A model generated the notes under the pieces. That model had not been told where the DNA came from, did not search any database, and saw nothing but the letters and a program-made list of their open reading frames with translations. A DNA stretch of 64,000 nt from an uncultured Trueperaceae bacterium. GTDB taxonomy: Bacteria > Deinococcota > Deinococci > Deinococcales > Trueperaceae. How positions within the stretch are numbered: position 1 is the stretch's first letter; each line of letters opens with the position of its first letter. Below, piece after piece: positions 40,789-51,076 of this stretch. A program made the translations under genes and the position numbers. The stretch is from positions 928,001-992,000 of the forward strand of contig CAWFFU010000003.1 of the NCBI GenBank assembly GCA_963815215.1. Direction: 5' to 3'.

Positions 40789-42576
40789 CTACGCGAAGCT
40801 GACGCGGTCCAGGTCCACCAGACCGGGGATGCGGCTCTCGGCCGGGTAGACGATGTCCTTGCGGTAGACCAGGATGTCGAGCGGATGGTAGAGGAAGATG
40901 GACGCCACCTTGTCGGAGGTGAGCTTGTTCGCCTGCTGCACCAGCGCCTTGCGCTTGGCAAGGTCGGGCTGCACGCGCTCCTGTTCGGTGAGGCTGTCGA
41001 CCTCCTTGTCCGAGAAGTAGCCGAAGCTCTCGGTGGCCTTGTCGCGCTTGGGCCCGTTGAACTTCGAGGTCGTCTCCATCCAGTCGACCAGCCCGTCGTC
41101 GGGATCGTAGTCGCCGCCCGACCCGACCCGCAACAGGTCGTAGTTGTTGGCGTCGAACTCGTCGATGAGCACCGGGAAGTCCTTGGTATCGAGCTCCACG
41201 GTGATGCCCAGGTTGCGCTTGAGGATGTCGGCGATGATCTGGCCCTCGCGCCGTCCGGCCGGCGTGATGGTCAGCTTGAAGGTCGGGAAGCCCTTTCCGT
41301 CCGGGAAGCCCGCGTCCGCGAGCAGCTTCTTGGCCTCCGTGACATCGAAGCGCTGCTCGCTGGTGCCGTCGATGGCGTCGTCGTAGAAGTACCCCATGGC
41401 GGGGTTGATGCTGCCGAATGCCGGCACGCCCCGCCCGAACAGTGCGCGCTTGATCAGGTCGGCGCGGTCGAACGCCTTGGCGAGGGCAAGCCGGACCTTG
41501 AAGCCTTTCTCCTGCACCAGCTCCGAGAAGGGCTTGTTGAAGTCGGTCACCTTCATGGGATCGCGCCAGGGGTTGATCCAGAGCGACTGGAAGCCGGGAC
41601 CCGGGATCTGGCTGACCACCAGATCGGGGTTCGCCACGAAACGATCGATCAGCTCGGCCGCCGGGGGGTTGCCGCCGATGATCTGGATGTCGCCGGCCTC
41701 GATGGCGGCCGCCAGCGGCTCCGGCTCCACGATCGGGGTGATGGTCACGCGGTCCAGCTTGGGACGCGCCGGATCGTAGTAGTGCTCGAACTTCGCCAGC
41801 TCGACGCCCTGACCGAGCTGATGCGCGGTCACCTTGAAGGGCCCGGTACCGACCGGCATGAGGCCGTAGTTGGACTCGCCCATCTCCTTGATGGCACGTT
41901 GGTTGACGATCGCCATGGCACGGCCGCTGGAGCGCTCCAGCACCTTGACCAGGAACGAGGCCTGGGGCGCCTTGAGGTTGAAGCGCACGGTGTAGTCATC
42001 GACCTTGTCGACGCTGGCCACGCCCTCGAGCACGCTCGACTGGATCGACTGGTTGGGGTCCTTCGAGCGGTTGTAGGTGAACAGCACGTCGTCGGCGGTG
42101 AAGGGATCGCCGTTGTGGAAAGTGACGCCCTGGCGCAGCTTGAAGGTGTAGTGCAGGCCGTCGGACGTTACCGTCCAGTTCTCGGCGAGGTCACCTTCGG
42201 CCACCAGCTTCGGGTTGATGTGCGTCAGCCCGCTGAGCACGTTCGATGCGATCTGGAACTCCAGCACCTGGTTGATCTGGGCGGGATCGAGGGTGCGGAT
42301 CTCGCCCACGCCGGCCCAGCCCGCCTTCAGGTGACCGCCTGCAGTGCCCTGCGCGTAGGCGACGGACTCCATCCCGGGCGCGAAGCGGAGGGCGGACAGG
42401 ACGCCGGCCGCCGCCATCAGGCGAAGGACGGTTCGTCGGCTCAACCGCGGCCCGCTCAGATCCTCCACGGTCAACCCGAACAGCGGGTCCTCGGGGTCGT
42501 ACTGCTTGGCTTCGTCGATCTCGCGCTCGAGCGCCTTGCGCTCGGTGGCGTCGGCGTCCTTCCGTTTGTGGCCCAC
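40789..42576 (-). CDS. Family 5 ABC substrate-binding protein with Tat signal
   Basis: SRRTVL twin-arginine motif, LAENW, FKLRQGVTFHNG, PVGTGPF; GTG 42576 with SD AAGGAG. Confidence 0.9.
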   Translation of the reverse strand: MGHKRKDADATERKALEREIDEAKQYDPEDPLFGLTVEDLSGPRLSRRTVLRLMAAAGVLSALRFAPGMESVAYAQGTAGGHLKAGWAGVGEIRTLDPAQINQVLEFQIASNVLSGLTHINPKLVAEGDLAENWTVTSDGLHYTFKLRQGVTFHNGDPFTADDVLFTYNRSKDPNQSIQSSVLEGVASVDKVDDYTVRFNLKAPQASFLVKVLERSSGRAMAIVNQRAIKEMGESNYGLMPVGTGPFKVTAHQLGQGVELAKFEHYYDPARPKLDRVTITPIVEPEPLAAAIEAGDIQIIGGNPPAAELIDRFVANPDLVVSQIPGPGFQSLWINPWRDPMKVTDFNKPFSELVQEKGFKVRLALAKAFDRADLIKRALFGRGVPAFGSINPAMGYFYDDAIDGTSEQRFDVTEAKKLLADAGFPDGKGFPTFKLTITPAGRREGQIIADILKRNLGITVELDTKDFPVLIDEFDANNYDLLRVGSGGDYDPDDGLVDWMETTSKFNGPKRDKATESFGYFSDKEVDSLTEQERVQPDLAKRKALVQQANKLTSDKVASIFLYHPLDILVYRKDIVYPAESRIPGLVDLDRVSFA

Positions 42577-42778
42577 GACTCGCTCCTTGTCCCGATCTCC
42601 TTGGGCCGCGCGCCGCGGCCCGTCGAACGTGTGTCCTCTCGTCCACTCCTGGGTGCCGCTCGGGGCGTACCCGCCTCCCTCCCACAGGCTCGCTGCCGGT
42701 CTCCCTGCCACCATGCGGAGCGCCACCACGCCCGTCGCGACCGCGCCGGGAGGATATTGCGCATGGTGATACAAGTAA

Positions 42779-42856
42779 ACGCAGAATCTTACGCATTGTC
42801 AACCTGAGCACGTCTCGTTATGCTGGATGCGTCGACATGGGCGTAAAGTTCCGCGC
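42779..42856. promoter_or_regulatory. Divergent promoter region with candidate Lrp/AsnC sites
   Basis: TTGTCA-N17-TATGCT on + strand; related 17-mers at 42779-42795 (- strand) and 42840-42856 (+ strand). Confidence 0.55.
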
Positions 42857-42867
42857 AAGGAGGTCGC

Positions 42868-43359
42868 ATGCATCTCGACGATCTCGACAAGGCGATCATC
42901 GTCGCCCTGGAGGATGATGGGCGCCGCCCCTTCCGGGACATCGCCCGGGACCTGGAGGTGGCCGAGAGCACCGTGCGCTCGCGCGTCGCACGCCTCCAGG
43001 AACGCCGGCTGATCCACATCACCGCGGTGGGGGACCCGCTACAGCTCGGCGTCGAGGCGGCTGCGATCATCCTGGTCCGGGTCCGACCGGGCACCGTCTT
43101 GCGCACGGCCGCCGACCTCGCCAAGCTCCCCTACGTGCGGTTCGTGGGCACGTCGTTCGGGCAGGCCGACATCATCCTCCAGACGCTGCACAGCAGCGTC
43201 AAGGCACTTCACACCTTCGTGTCCAACGAGCTCCCCTCACGCTGCCCCGACATCACCAGCACCGAGACGTTCCAGCTCGCCGAGGTCCTCAAGAGCTCGT
43301 GGGACTGGCGCGAGTGGTTCGCCCAGAGTGAACGCGAAGAGGCTTCCGCTGGGCATTGA
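42868..43359 (+). CDS. Lrp/AsnC family transcriptional regulator
   Basis: LDDLDKAII..L..DGR.PF..IA..L.V.ESTVR.RV. Confidence 0.93.
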   Translation: MHLDDLDKAIIVALEDDGRRPFRDIARDLEVAESTVRSRVARLQERRLIHITAVGDPLQLGVEAAAIILVRVRPGTVLRTAADLAKLPYVRFVGTSFGQADIILQTLHSSVKALHTFVSNELPSRCPDITSTETFQLAEVLKSSWDWREWFAQSEREEASAGH

Positions 43360-43384
43360 GCTTGGGCGCCGGCGGGCCGCGCCC

Positions 43385-43855
43385 TCAATCGTGCGACGCC
43401 GGGGGCGCGTTGGCGGCCCGTGCCGCCAGCGGTCCCGCGCCGGCCACGCCAAGGGCGTAGTACAGCGCCAGCAGAGCCCACAGCACCAGCACCGGCAGGC
43501 CGCGCTGGCCGGTGGCCAGCGCCAGCGCCGCGAACCACGCCGGCGTCGACAGGATCACGGCGCCCAGCAGCACCGCCGACAGTGCACGCCGGCGATCGTC
43601 GCCACGGCCGGCGATGCCGGCGAGTACGGCCCCCAGGGGCAACTCGGCTACCGATAGCAGCACCAGCACCCACCCCAGCAGGGCGCTCGGGCGCGTGTGC
43701 ACCTCGGTGACCAGGCGCACGACCACGGCGAGCAGCATGGCCACTACCATCTGTCCCAGGAACATCGTGGCGAACACCGCGCGCAACGCCGCCGCCGCTT
43801 GGGAACGGCGAAGATCCGGATCCAGAAGGTAGCGTTCTATACCGGGTAGACGCAT
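43385..43855 (-). CDS. Hypothetical integral membrane protein
   Basis: About four hydrophobic helices. Confidence 0.65.
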   Translation of the reverse strand: MRLPGIERYLLDPDLRRSQAAAALRAVFATMFLGQMVVAMLLAVVVRLVTEVHTRPSALLGWVLVLLSVAELPLGAVLAGIAGRGDDRRRALSAVLLGAVILSTPAWFAALALATGQRGLPVLVLWALLALYYALGVAGAGPLAARAANAPPASHD

Positions 43856-43945
43856 CGTCAGGGTTCCGCTCCGGGCGGTGGGCCCCTTCACCGCCGGGAG
43901 CGGCTCCCGCCCCGCCGGCACGGCCACGCGTCCCGAACGGCTACT

Positions 43946-45322
43946 CTACCGCAGCCCCGCCCGGGACGCTCGCAGGGCGCCACCGTATCGGCGCCGCAGC
44001 AAGCGGACGAAGCGCGTCGCCAGCAGCAGCGCAGCCGTCGCCAGGCCGGCGACGAGGCCGTACCACAGCCCCGAGGAACCGACGCCGGCACCGAAGGCGA
44101 GTCCGAGGCCGACCGGCACCCCCACGGCCCAGTACGCGACCGCCGTCAGCAGCATCGGCACCCGTGTGTCCTTGAGGCCCCGCAGGGCTCCCGACGCGGC
44201 CACCTGGGTGCCATCGAACACCTGGAAGATCGCCGCGATCGCCAGGAAGCGACGCGCGAACGCCACCACCTCGGCGTTGGCGGGCGCGTGAACCGGTAGG
44301 TAGAGCCCGATCACGACGTCGGGCACACCCCAGAACAGCGCCGCCGAGCCCACCATGAACAGGGCGCTCAGCGTCATCCCGGCCACGCCGCCGCGAACGA
44401 TGCCGTGCGCATCGTCCCTGCCCACCGCCTGACCGACCCGGATCCCGGCGGCGATGCTCACGCCGAGCGGCACCATGAAGGTCGTCGACGCGCTCTGCAG
44501 CGCGATCTGATGGCCGGCCAGCGCAGCCTCCCCGAAGCGACCCATGAGCAGCGCGGTGAGCCAGAACAGGCCCACCTCGAAACCCAGCGTCAGGCTGATG
44601 GGCCAGCCGACGCGCACGAGCTCCTTGAGGGTGGCCGGATCGGGCTGCCGCATCCCTGCGAACACGCGGTACGAGCGGTAGCGCGCGCGTACGTAGAAGG
44701 CGATGATCGAGGTCATCACCGCGTACACCAGCGATGTGGCGTAGCCCGTGCCCACCAGCCCGAGCGCAGGGAGGCCGAGTCGACCGAACATGAGGACGTC
44801 GTTGGCTACCACGTTGAGGCCCACCCCGATGGCGGCCACGACCAGGATGGGGCGGGTGTCGCCGTGACCCTCCAGCAGGCCCCGCAGAGCGGTGAACCCG
44901 AGCGCGAACGGGAACCCCCATGCCATCGCCCGCAGGTAACCGGCGGCGGCGGCGGCCGTGACCGCGTCCTGCCCCGCGAGCCGCAGCAACGGGCCGGCCT
45001 GCACGAACACGACCACGCCGAGCAGCGACAACGCCAGCGCCATCCACAGCCCCTGACGTACGGCCCGCGCGGCCTCCTCCGGACGTTTCGCGCCGTGCGC
45101 CTGGGCCACCATCGGCCCGACCGCGAACAGGACCCCCATGCACACGATGAACACGAAGCTGAACGTGGCGCCGCCGAGCGCGATGCCGGCCAGCTCGCGC
45201 GGGCCCAGTCTCCCCACCATGAGTGTGTCCACCACGCTCATGCCGTTCTGCGCCAGTTGCGCCACGACCAGCGGCGCGGCCAGTCGGCTCAGCTCCCGGA
45301 ACTCCCTTCGCCACAGCGCCAC
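43946..45322 (-). CDS. MATE family efflux transporter (NorM-like)
   Basis: VDTLMVGRLG, ALAGHQIAL, RVGQAVG, FQVFDGTQ, GALRGLKDT; start 45322 or 45349. Confidence 0.92.
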   Translation of the reverse strand: MALWRREFRELSRLAAPLVVAQLAQNGMSVVDTLMVGRLGPRELAGIALGGATFSFVFIVCMGVLFAVGPMVAQAHGAKRPEEAARAVRQGLWMALALSLLGVVVFVQAGPLLRLAGQDAVTAAAAAGYLRAMAWGFPFALGFTALRGLLEGHGDTRPILVVAAIGVGLNVVANDVLMFGRLGLPALGLVGTGYATSLVYAVMTSIIAFYVRARYRSYRVFAGMRQPDPATLKELVRVGWPISLTLGFEVGLFWLTALLMGRFGEAALAGHQIALQSASTTFMVPLGVSIAAGIRVGQAVGRDDAHGIVRGGVAGMTLSALFMVGSAALFWGVPDVVIGLYLPVHAPANAEVVAFARRFLAIAAIFQVFDGTQVAASGALRGLKDTRVPMLLTAVAYWAVGVPVGLGLAFGAGVGSSGLWYGLVAGLATAALLLATRFVRLLRRRYGGALRASRAGLR

Positions 45323-45447
45323 GGTTGCCCACCATACCGCCGGCGCCACGGGCCCTGCGCACCGGCGTCAGCCAAGCGAGGCGCCCCGGAGTTCCGGGGC
45401 GCCTCGCGAGTTCAGCGGGTCGAGCGCAGCCGTCGGGCAGCGCGTAC

Positions 45448-45885
45448 CTAATCGATGGCGATCTTGTGGACCTTGGCCTCCGCCAGCTTCGGCATGGTGA
45501 GCGTGAGCATGCCGTCGACCACGTGCGCCTGGATCCGGTCGACCTCGACCGCCGCGGGCAACTTCACGGTGCGGCTGACGTCGCCCCGCGGGATGCTCTG
45601 GAGCCAGTAGCGGCGGGAATCCTCCTCGGGTTCGGGCAGGCGCCCACGCACGCTGAGCTGCCGCCCTTCGATGCTGATGTCCAGGTCTTCGGTCTTGACG
45701 CCGGGCACCGCCATCTCCAGGACCAACTCACCGTCGGTCTCGTAGAGGTCGATGGGGTAACCCAGCCACTCGCTACGGCCAGGGAACGGCGCCGCGAACT
45801 CGCCCAGCATCCGGTCGAACCCCTCGAAGGGATCGAGCGCGAAACGCCGTATGGGAAGGGTACGAGCATTGCGAACCAGTGCCAT
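45448..45885 (-). CDS. Hsp20/alpha-crystallin small heat shock protein
   Basis: PIDLYET, PGVK.EDLDI, A.VVDGMLTLTMPK. Confidence 0.93.
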   Translation of the reverse strand: MALVRNARTLPIRRFALDPFEGFDRMLGEFAAPFPGRSEWLGYPIDLYETDGELVLEMAVPGVKTEDLDISIEGRQLSVRGRLPEPEEDSRRYWLQSIPRGDVSRTVKLPAAVEVDRIQAHVVDGMLTLTMPKLAEAKVHKIAID

Positions 45886-45960
45886 GGTGATACCTCCTAG
45901 CGGATCCGGTCTCGGACGGGGCGACACCGGCGACACCGGGGATCGGCCCCTACACCCCAG

Positions 45961-45991
45961 AGTATAGAAATCTGAGTGCTGTCATGTCAAG
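45961..45991 (-). promoter_or_regulatory. hsp20 promoter with an overlapping HAIR (HspR) operator
   Basis: TTGACA-N18-TATACT on - strand; CTTGACA-N7-ACTCAGA resembles CTTGAGT-N7-ACTCAAG. Confidence 0.72.
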
Positions 45992-46050
45992 TCTCTTGCT
46001 GACTCAGCCTGCATGATACCTGACCACGGCGCCTCCGCGAGGGAAGCGGC

Positions 46051-46737
46051 TCACCAGGGCAGATTGAAGCCCCCGTGGTGCTCGCTTCGGTAGTAGTCGT
46101 CGATCTCGTCGGCGATGGTGCTGACGTCGTCGACCACCTTGAACAGGTGGAGGTCGCGCTCGCTGATCGTGCCCATGCGCAGCAGCGTCCCCTGCAGCCA
46201 CTGCAACAGCCCGCGCCAGAACTCCACACCGATGAGGTAGACGGGGAACGGCTTGATCTTGCGCGTCTGGATGAGCGTGAGCGCCTCGAACAGCTCGTCG
46301 ATCGTGCCGAACCCGCCCGGGAACACCACGAACGCGGTCGAGTACTTCACCAGCATGACCTTGCGCACGAAGAAGTACTTGAACTTGAGGCTGTCGGTCT
46401 GGAAGGCGTTGGGCCGCTGCTCGTGTGGCAGGTCGACATTGAGCCCGATGCTGCGTCCTTCGGCCTCGATGGCTCCCTGGTTACCGGCCTCCATGATGCC
46501 GGGACCGCCGCCCGTAAGGATGGCGTAGCCGGAACGGGCCAGGGCGGCCGCCAGCTCGCGCGCCTTGCCGTAGGTCTCGGTCTGTTCGTCCATGCGCGCC
46601 GAACCGAAGATCGTGACGGCCTTGCCGACGTCGGCCATCTCCTCGAAACCCTGCACGAACTCGCCCATGATCCGGAACATCCGCCACGAGTCCTCCGCGA
46701 GGGCATCGATGACGTATTGCTTCTCCAGATTGTCCAT
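46051..46737 (-). CDS. LOG family (TIGR00730) nucleotide phosphoribohydrolase
   Basis: IFGSAR, TGGGPGIMEA, YFFVRK, PGGFGTIDELFE. Confidence 0.9.
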   Translation of the reverse strand: MDNLEKQYVIDALAEDSWRMFRIMGEFVQGFEEMADVGKAVTIFGSARMDEQTETYGKARELAAALARSGYAILTGGGPGIMEAGNQGAIEAEGRSIGLNVDLPHEQRPNAFQTDSLKFKYFFVRKVMLVKYSTAFVVFPGGFGTIDELFEALTLIQTRKIKPFPVYLIGVEFWRGLLQWLQGTLLRMGTISERDLHLFKVVDDVSTIADEIDDYYRSEHHGGFNLPW

Positions 46738-46801
46738 GCTCCATGCTACCGAGCCCCGTGCGAAGCCCGTGTGAAGCGGCCATGCGCCCAACAGGCACGC
46801 G

Positions 46802-47425
46802 CTAAGGCAGCGACAGCAACGCCGTCAGGTCGGGCTCCAAGCGGTCCGGCCGCGCCGCCGAGAGCACGTCGGCACCCTGCGTTCCCCAGGTGACGGCGTA
46901 CGTCTTCAACCCCGCCGCCTGCCCCGCACGGATATCCCCGACCGTGTCACCGACCATCCAGGCGCCCCGGCCACCCACCGCCGCGAGTGAACGCAGCACC
47001 ACGTCGGGCGCCGGCTTGTAGGGAGCTGCGTCGGTTCCCTCCACGTGGTCGAGCACAGAGCCCAGCCCGGTCGCCTCCACCAGCCGGCGCGCCGTCTCGG
47101 TGCGCTTGGTGCTCGCCACCGTGCGCAGGTAGCCGCGCGCGCCCAGCTCGGTGAGCAACCCGGGCACGCCCGGGAACGGCCGGGTCCGATCGGCGAGGTG
47201 CTCGGCGTAGTGGGCGCGGTAGCGCCGGCACAGCGCGTCGACGCGCTCGGCCGGCGCGAAGGCGCCGTACATCGCCTCCAGCGGCTGGCCGAGCGTCACG
47301 CGGGCCGCGCTCTCATCGGGCGCAGGTAGGCCCTCGCGCTCGAACGCATGCAGGAAGCTTCGCAGGATGTCGGACAGGGAATCGACGAGAGTCCCGTCCA
47401 GGTCGAAAACGATCACGGGGCGCAT
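46802..47425 (-). CDS. HAD-superfamily hydrolase
   Basis: FDLDGTLVDS, KPAP, MVGDT..D. Confidence 0.9.
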   Translation of the reverse strand: MRPVIVFDLDGTLVDSLSDILRSFLHAFEREGLPAPDESAARVTLGQPLEAMYGAFAPAERVDALCRRYRAHYAEHLADRTRPFPGVPGLLTELGARGYLRTVASTKRTETARRLVEATGLGSVLDHVEGTDAAPYKPAPDVVLRSLAAVGGRGAWMVGDTVGDIRAGQAAGLKTYAVTWGTQGADVLSAARPDRLEPDLTALLSLP

Positions 47426-47460
47426 GGCCGACAGTATGCCACGGCGCGGCTGCCGCGCCG

Positions 47461-49812
47461 TTACGAGCGCAGGTGGGCGACGGTGACGCCATGGCCGCCT
47501 TCGTAGGGCACCGCGTCCTCGAAGCGCTCGATGCGCTTGTCCCCCCTCAGGTAGGTGCGAACGGCATCCCTCAGGGCGCCCGTCCCCTTGCCGTGAAGGA
47601 TCCTCACCGCCCCGATCTTCAAGGCGTGCGCCTCGGTGACGAAGTCGCGCAGCTTCTCCAATCCCGCCTCAACGCGCTCGCCGCGGATGTTCAGCTCCGC
47701 GTCGAAGCGACCGAGCGCGGTGTCGGAGGCGGCGTCCGGCGCGCCGGCCAGCGGCGCCGGCCGGCGCTCGCCCGTACCCTCGCGCGGCGCGGCCGGCGTG
47801 ACCTCGCGGCGGGGCACCTCCACCTTGAGCAAGCCGAGCTGGACCAGCACCGTGTCGCCACGATCCTCCAGGATCGGCCCCTCGGCGTTGTAGGAAGCCA
47901 CGCGTACCTGCGCTCCCGGCCTCAAACCCGCCGACGCCGGCTTCGGAGCCCGGGCCTCCGCCCGGGTCCGGGTCTCGCGCCTCAGTTGCTGGATCTCCTC
48001 CAAGGCGCGCGAGCGCTGCTGGGGCTCGGTGGTCGCGGTGCGCTTGAGGCGCGCCGCCTGCTGAAGGGTGTCCTGCAGCAGGCTGTCGGCCCGCTCGGCA
48101 GCCTCGGCCAGCAGCGCCTCCTCGCGCTCCCGCAATCGCTCGATCTCGCCCCGCAGCAGCTCGGCCTCGCCCCGCGCACGTTCTCCCGCCGCCCGCGCAT
48201 CTTCGAGCTCCTGCCGAAGCTCGCCACGTTGCGACTCCAGCGTCTCCAGCAGGGCTTCGAGCCGCTCCCCGGACGGTCCGAGCAACGCCGAGGCACGCGC
48301 CAGGAGCGCCTCCCCCAGCCCCAGGCGACCGGCGATCGACAGTGCGTAGGAGCGTCCCGGCTGGCCGACGACCAGCTCGTAGGTCGGCACCAGCGCATCC
48401 ACATCGAAGCGCATCGCAGCGTTGCGTACGCCTGCGGTCTGCGACGCGAACACCTTGAGGGGAGCGAGGTGGGTCGTCACCAGGCCCCGCGCGCCCCGCT
48501 CCAGCACCCCCTCCAGGATCGCCTGCGAGAGGGCGGCGCCCTCGTCGGGATCGGTGCCGGAGCCGAGCTCGTCGATCAGCACCAGGGTGCGCTCGTTGGC
48601 TCGCTCCACCACTGCCTTGAGATTGTGGAGGTGGCCGGCGTAGGTGCTCAGGCTGGCCTCGATGCTCTGCTCGTCCCCGATGTCGCTCAGCAGCGCGTCG
48701 ACCCGCGGGAGCCGGGGCGCCTGTCGCCGCGCTCCGCCGCCGGCGCGCGCCGGCCCACCGGCCGCCACGAAGAGCCCGCTCGCCGCCATCACCGCCGCCA
48801 GCCCGAGGGTCTTGAGGAGCACCGTCTTGCCGCCGGCGTTCGGTCCGGTCACCACCAGCAGGCGGTGCTCCGCGGACAGCTCGAGCGTGTTGGGCACGCA
48901 GCCCTCGATGAGCGGGTGGCGGGCGTCGGGGAGCACCACGCCTCCGGCCTCGTCGATCTCGGGGCGGGCGAGGCGCCAGTCGCGGGCGAGGCGGGCGCTG
49001 GCGTTGGCGAGATCGAGCTCCGCCACGACCTCGAGGGACTCGTCGACGGCCGGCTCGGCCGCCAGCCGTTGCCCCAACGCCAGCAGGATGCGCCGGACCT
49101 CGTCCCGCTCCTCCATCTCCAACAACGCCAGCTCGTTGTTCATGGGCACCACCGACGCCGGCTCGATGAAGACGGTGGCCCCCGAATCGCTACGGTCCAC
49201 CGCGATGCCGGGCACGCTCGATTGCGCACTCGCCCGGATGGGGATGACGTAGCGGTCGCGCCTCAAGGTGACGATGGGCTCCTGCACGCTGCCGGCGTGG
49301 GTCTCCAGGAGCCGTGTCAGGCGCTCGCGGATGCGCCCCCTCAACGGCTGCAGGCGACGCCGGACGTCGGCCAGCTTGGGTGTAGCGTCGTCACGGACGT
49401 TGCCGTCGGGGTCGAGCTGCTCGCGGACCACACGCAGCACCCCATCGAAACTCCCGATGCGGGCGGCCAGCGCCGCCAGCGCGGGCCGCCCGCTGCCCTG
49501 AACGGAGCGCCGCAGCGTGGACGCCGCGTCCAGCGTGTAGGCCACCGACAGGATCTCGCGTCCCTCGAGCAGGTTGCCCGCCCGCACGCGCTCCAGCAAC
49601 GGCCGCACGTCCTCGATGCCGCCGAGCGACAGGTCGCCGCCCACCACCACCTCGTCCACGCGCGTCAGCGCCGCGTCGAGCGCATCCTGACCGAGCGTGG
49701 GCACCACGGCCAGAGCCCGTTCGACGCCCAGGCGCGTGGCCGCTCGCTCCGCCAGGGCCGCCCTCACGCGCCCGAACGATAGCTTCTCCAGGGTGGCGTC
49801 CGAGACCTTCAC
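47461..49812 (-). CDS. mutS2: Endonuclease MutS2 with Smr domain
   Basis: TGPNAGGKT, DIGDEQSI, DELGSGTDP, coiled coil, ILHGKGTGALR; GTG 49812. Confidence 0.95.
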   Translation of the reverse strand: MKVSDATLEKLSFGRVRAALAERAATRLGVERALAVVPTLGQDALDAALTRVDEVVVGGDLSLGGIEDVRPLLERVRAGNLLEGREILSVAYTLDAASTLRRSVQGSGRPALAALAARIGSFDGVLRVVREQLDPDGNVRDDATPKLADVRRRLQPLRGRIRERLTRLLETHAGSVQEPIVTLRRDRYVIPIRASAQSSVPGIAVDRSDSGATVFIEPASVVPMNNELALLEMEERDEVRRILLALGQRLAAEPAVDESLEVVAELDLANASARLARDWRLARPEIDEAGGVVLPDARHPLIEGCVPNTLELSAEHRLLVVTGPNAGGKTVLLKTLGLAAVMAASGLFVAAGGPARAGGGARRQAPRLPRVDALLSDIGDEQSIEASLSTYAGHLHNLKAVVERANERTLVLIDELGSGTDPDEGAALSQAILEGVLERGARGLVTTHLAPLKVFASQTAGVRNAAMRFDVDALVPTYELVVGQPGRSYALSIAGRLGLGEALLARASALLGPSGERLEALLETLESQRGELRQELEDARAAGERARGEAELLRGEIERLREREEALLAEAAERADSLLQDTLQQAARLKRTATTEPQQRSRALEEIQQLRRETRTRAEARAPKPASAGLRPGAQVRVASYNAEGPILEDRGDTVLVQLGLLKVEVPRREVTPAAPREGTGERRPAPLAGAPDAASDTALGRFDAELNIRGERVEAGLEKLRDFVTEAHALKIGAVRILHGKGTGALRDAVRTYLRGDKRIERFEDAVPYEGGHGVTVAHLRS

Positions 49813-49972
49813 AGCGCGCACAGTATACGGCGGCGATGAAGCAGTGGCCGGCAACGGGACCCGGGTCGATCGGCGAGGGAGGCCGCCTGGCGCATGCCGA
49901 GCGGGTGTCAACGCTCCCCGCCCACGGTAGGCTGGCGCCTGTCGGGACGGACCGCAAGCACAAGGAGACGCC

Positions 49973-51010
49973 ATGCGAGCAGCACAGTACGACACCTACC
50001 GGGCTCCCCTGCACATCGTGGACCATGCCGATCCCGAGCCCGGCCTCGACGGCGCCGTGGTGCGCGTCCGCGCCAGCGGAGTGTGCCGCAGCGACTGGCA
50101 CGCCTGGATGGGGCACGACGCCTCGGTGACGCCGCCCCACGTGCCCGGTCACGAGTTCGCCGGCGAAGTGGTGGCCGTGGGTCCCGGGGTGCGAGACGTG
50201 CGCGTCGGCGACCGGGCGACGGCACCCTTCTGCTGCGGCTGCGGCCACTGCGAGGAGTGCCGGACGGGCCACCAGAACCTCTGCCACCACGAGTACCAGC
50301 CGGGCTTCGATGGCCCCGGCTCGTTCGCCGAGTACGTGTTCGTGCCACACGCCGACGTGAACATCGTGCGGCTCCCCGAGGGTCTCGGCTTCGACGAGGC
50401 GGCCAGCCTGGGCTGCCGCTTCATGACATCGTTCGCGGCGCTGATCGACAAGGCGCGCCTCGCCGCCGGAGAGTCGCTGGTAGTGGTCGGTTGCGGCGGG
50501 GTCGGTCTCTGCGCCGTGATGATCGGCGCGGCGCTCGGCGCCAACGTGATCGCGGTCGACCTCGACGAAGGTCGCCTCGCCAGGGCGCTCGAGCTCGGGG
50601 CCCACGCCGTGGTTCCGGCCCGCGACGGCGATCCGACGGCGGCCGTGCTCGAGCTGACGGCCGGGGGCGCACACGTATCGCTCGACGCCGTGGGCTCGCC
50701 TGCCACCGCCGCGCAGTCGGTGCGCAGCCTGCGCCGCCGCGGCCGCCACGTTCAGGTGGGGTTGCTCCTGGCAGACGATGCCTTCCCGCCGATGCCGATG
50801 CTCGAGGTCATCAAGCGCGAGCTGGTGGTGACCGGCGTCCACGGCATGGCCGCCAGCCGCTACCGGGACCTGCTCGCCTTCGTGACCCACGCCGACCTCG
50901 ATGTCGGACGGCTGATCGGGAAGCGCATCGCGCTCGCCGACGCCGGCACCGAGCTGGCCGCCATGGGCGACTTCGCGCAGCAGGGGCTTAGCATCATCGA
51001 TCGTTTCTGA
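49973..51010 (+). CDS. Zinc-dependent alcohol dehydrogenase family protein
   Basis: GVCRSD, GHE, CGHCEEC...C, GCGGVG. Confidence 0.92.
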   Translation: MRAAQYDTYRAPLHIVDHADPEPGLDGAVVRVRASGVCRSDWHAWMGHDASVTPPHVPGHEFAGEVVAVGPGVRDVRVGDRATAPFCCGCGHCEECRTGHQNLCHHEYQPGFDGPGSFAEYVFVPHADVNIVRLPEGLGFDEAASLGCRFMTSFAALIDKARLAAGESLVVVGCGGVGLCAVMIGAALGANVIAVDLDEGRLARALELGAHAVVPARDGDPTAAVLELTAGGAHVSLDAVGSPATAAQSVRSLRRRGRHVQVGLLLADDAFPPMPMLEVIKRELVVTGVHGMAASRYRDLLAFVTHADLDVGRLIGKRIALADAGTELAAMGDFAQQGLSIIDRF

Positions 51011-51076
51011 GAGGGCGCGTGCATGGCCCGCGGCACCTGCGCCGCGGGCCAGGACCGGCGTGGGTCATGCGTGGCC

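Noticed and set aside
47461..49812. MutS2 as a novel system
   Set aside because: Canonical, well-described architecture (ATPase, coiled coil, Smr)
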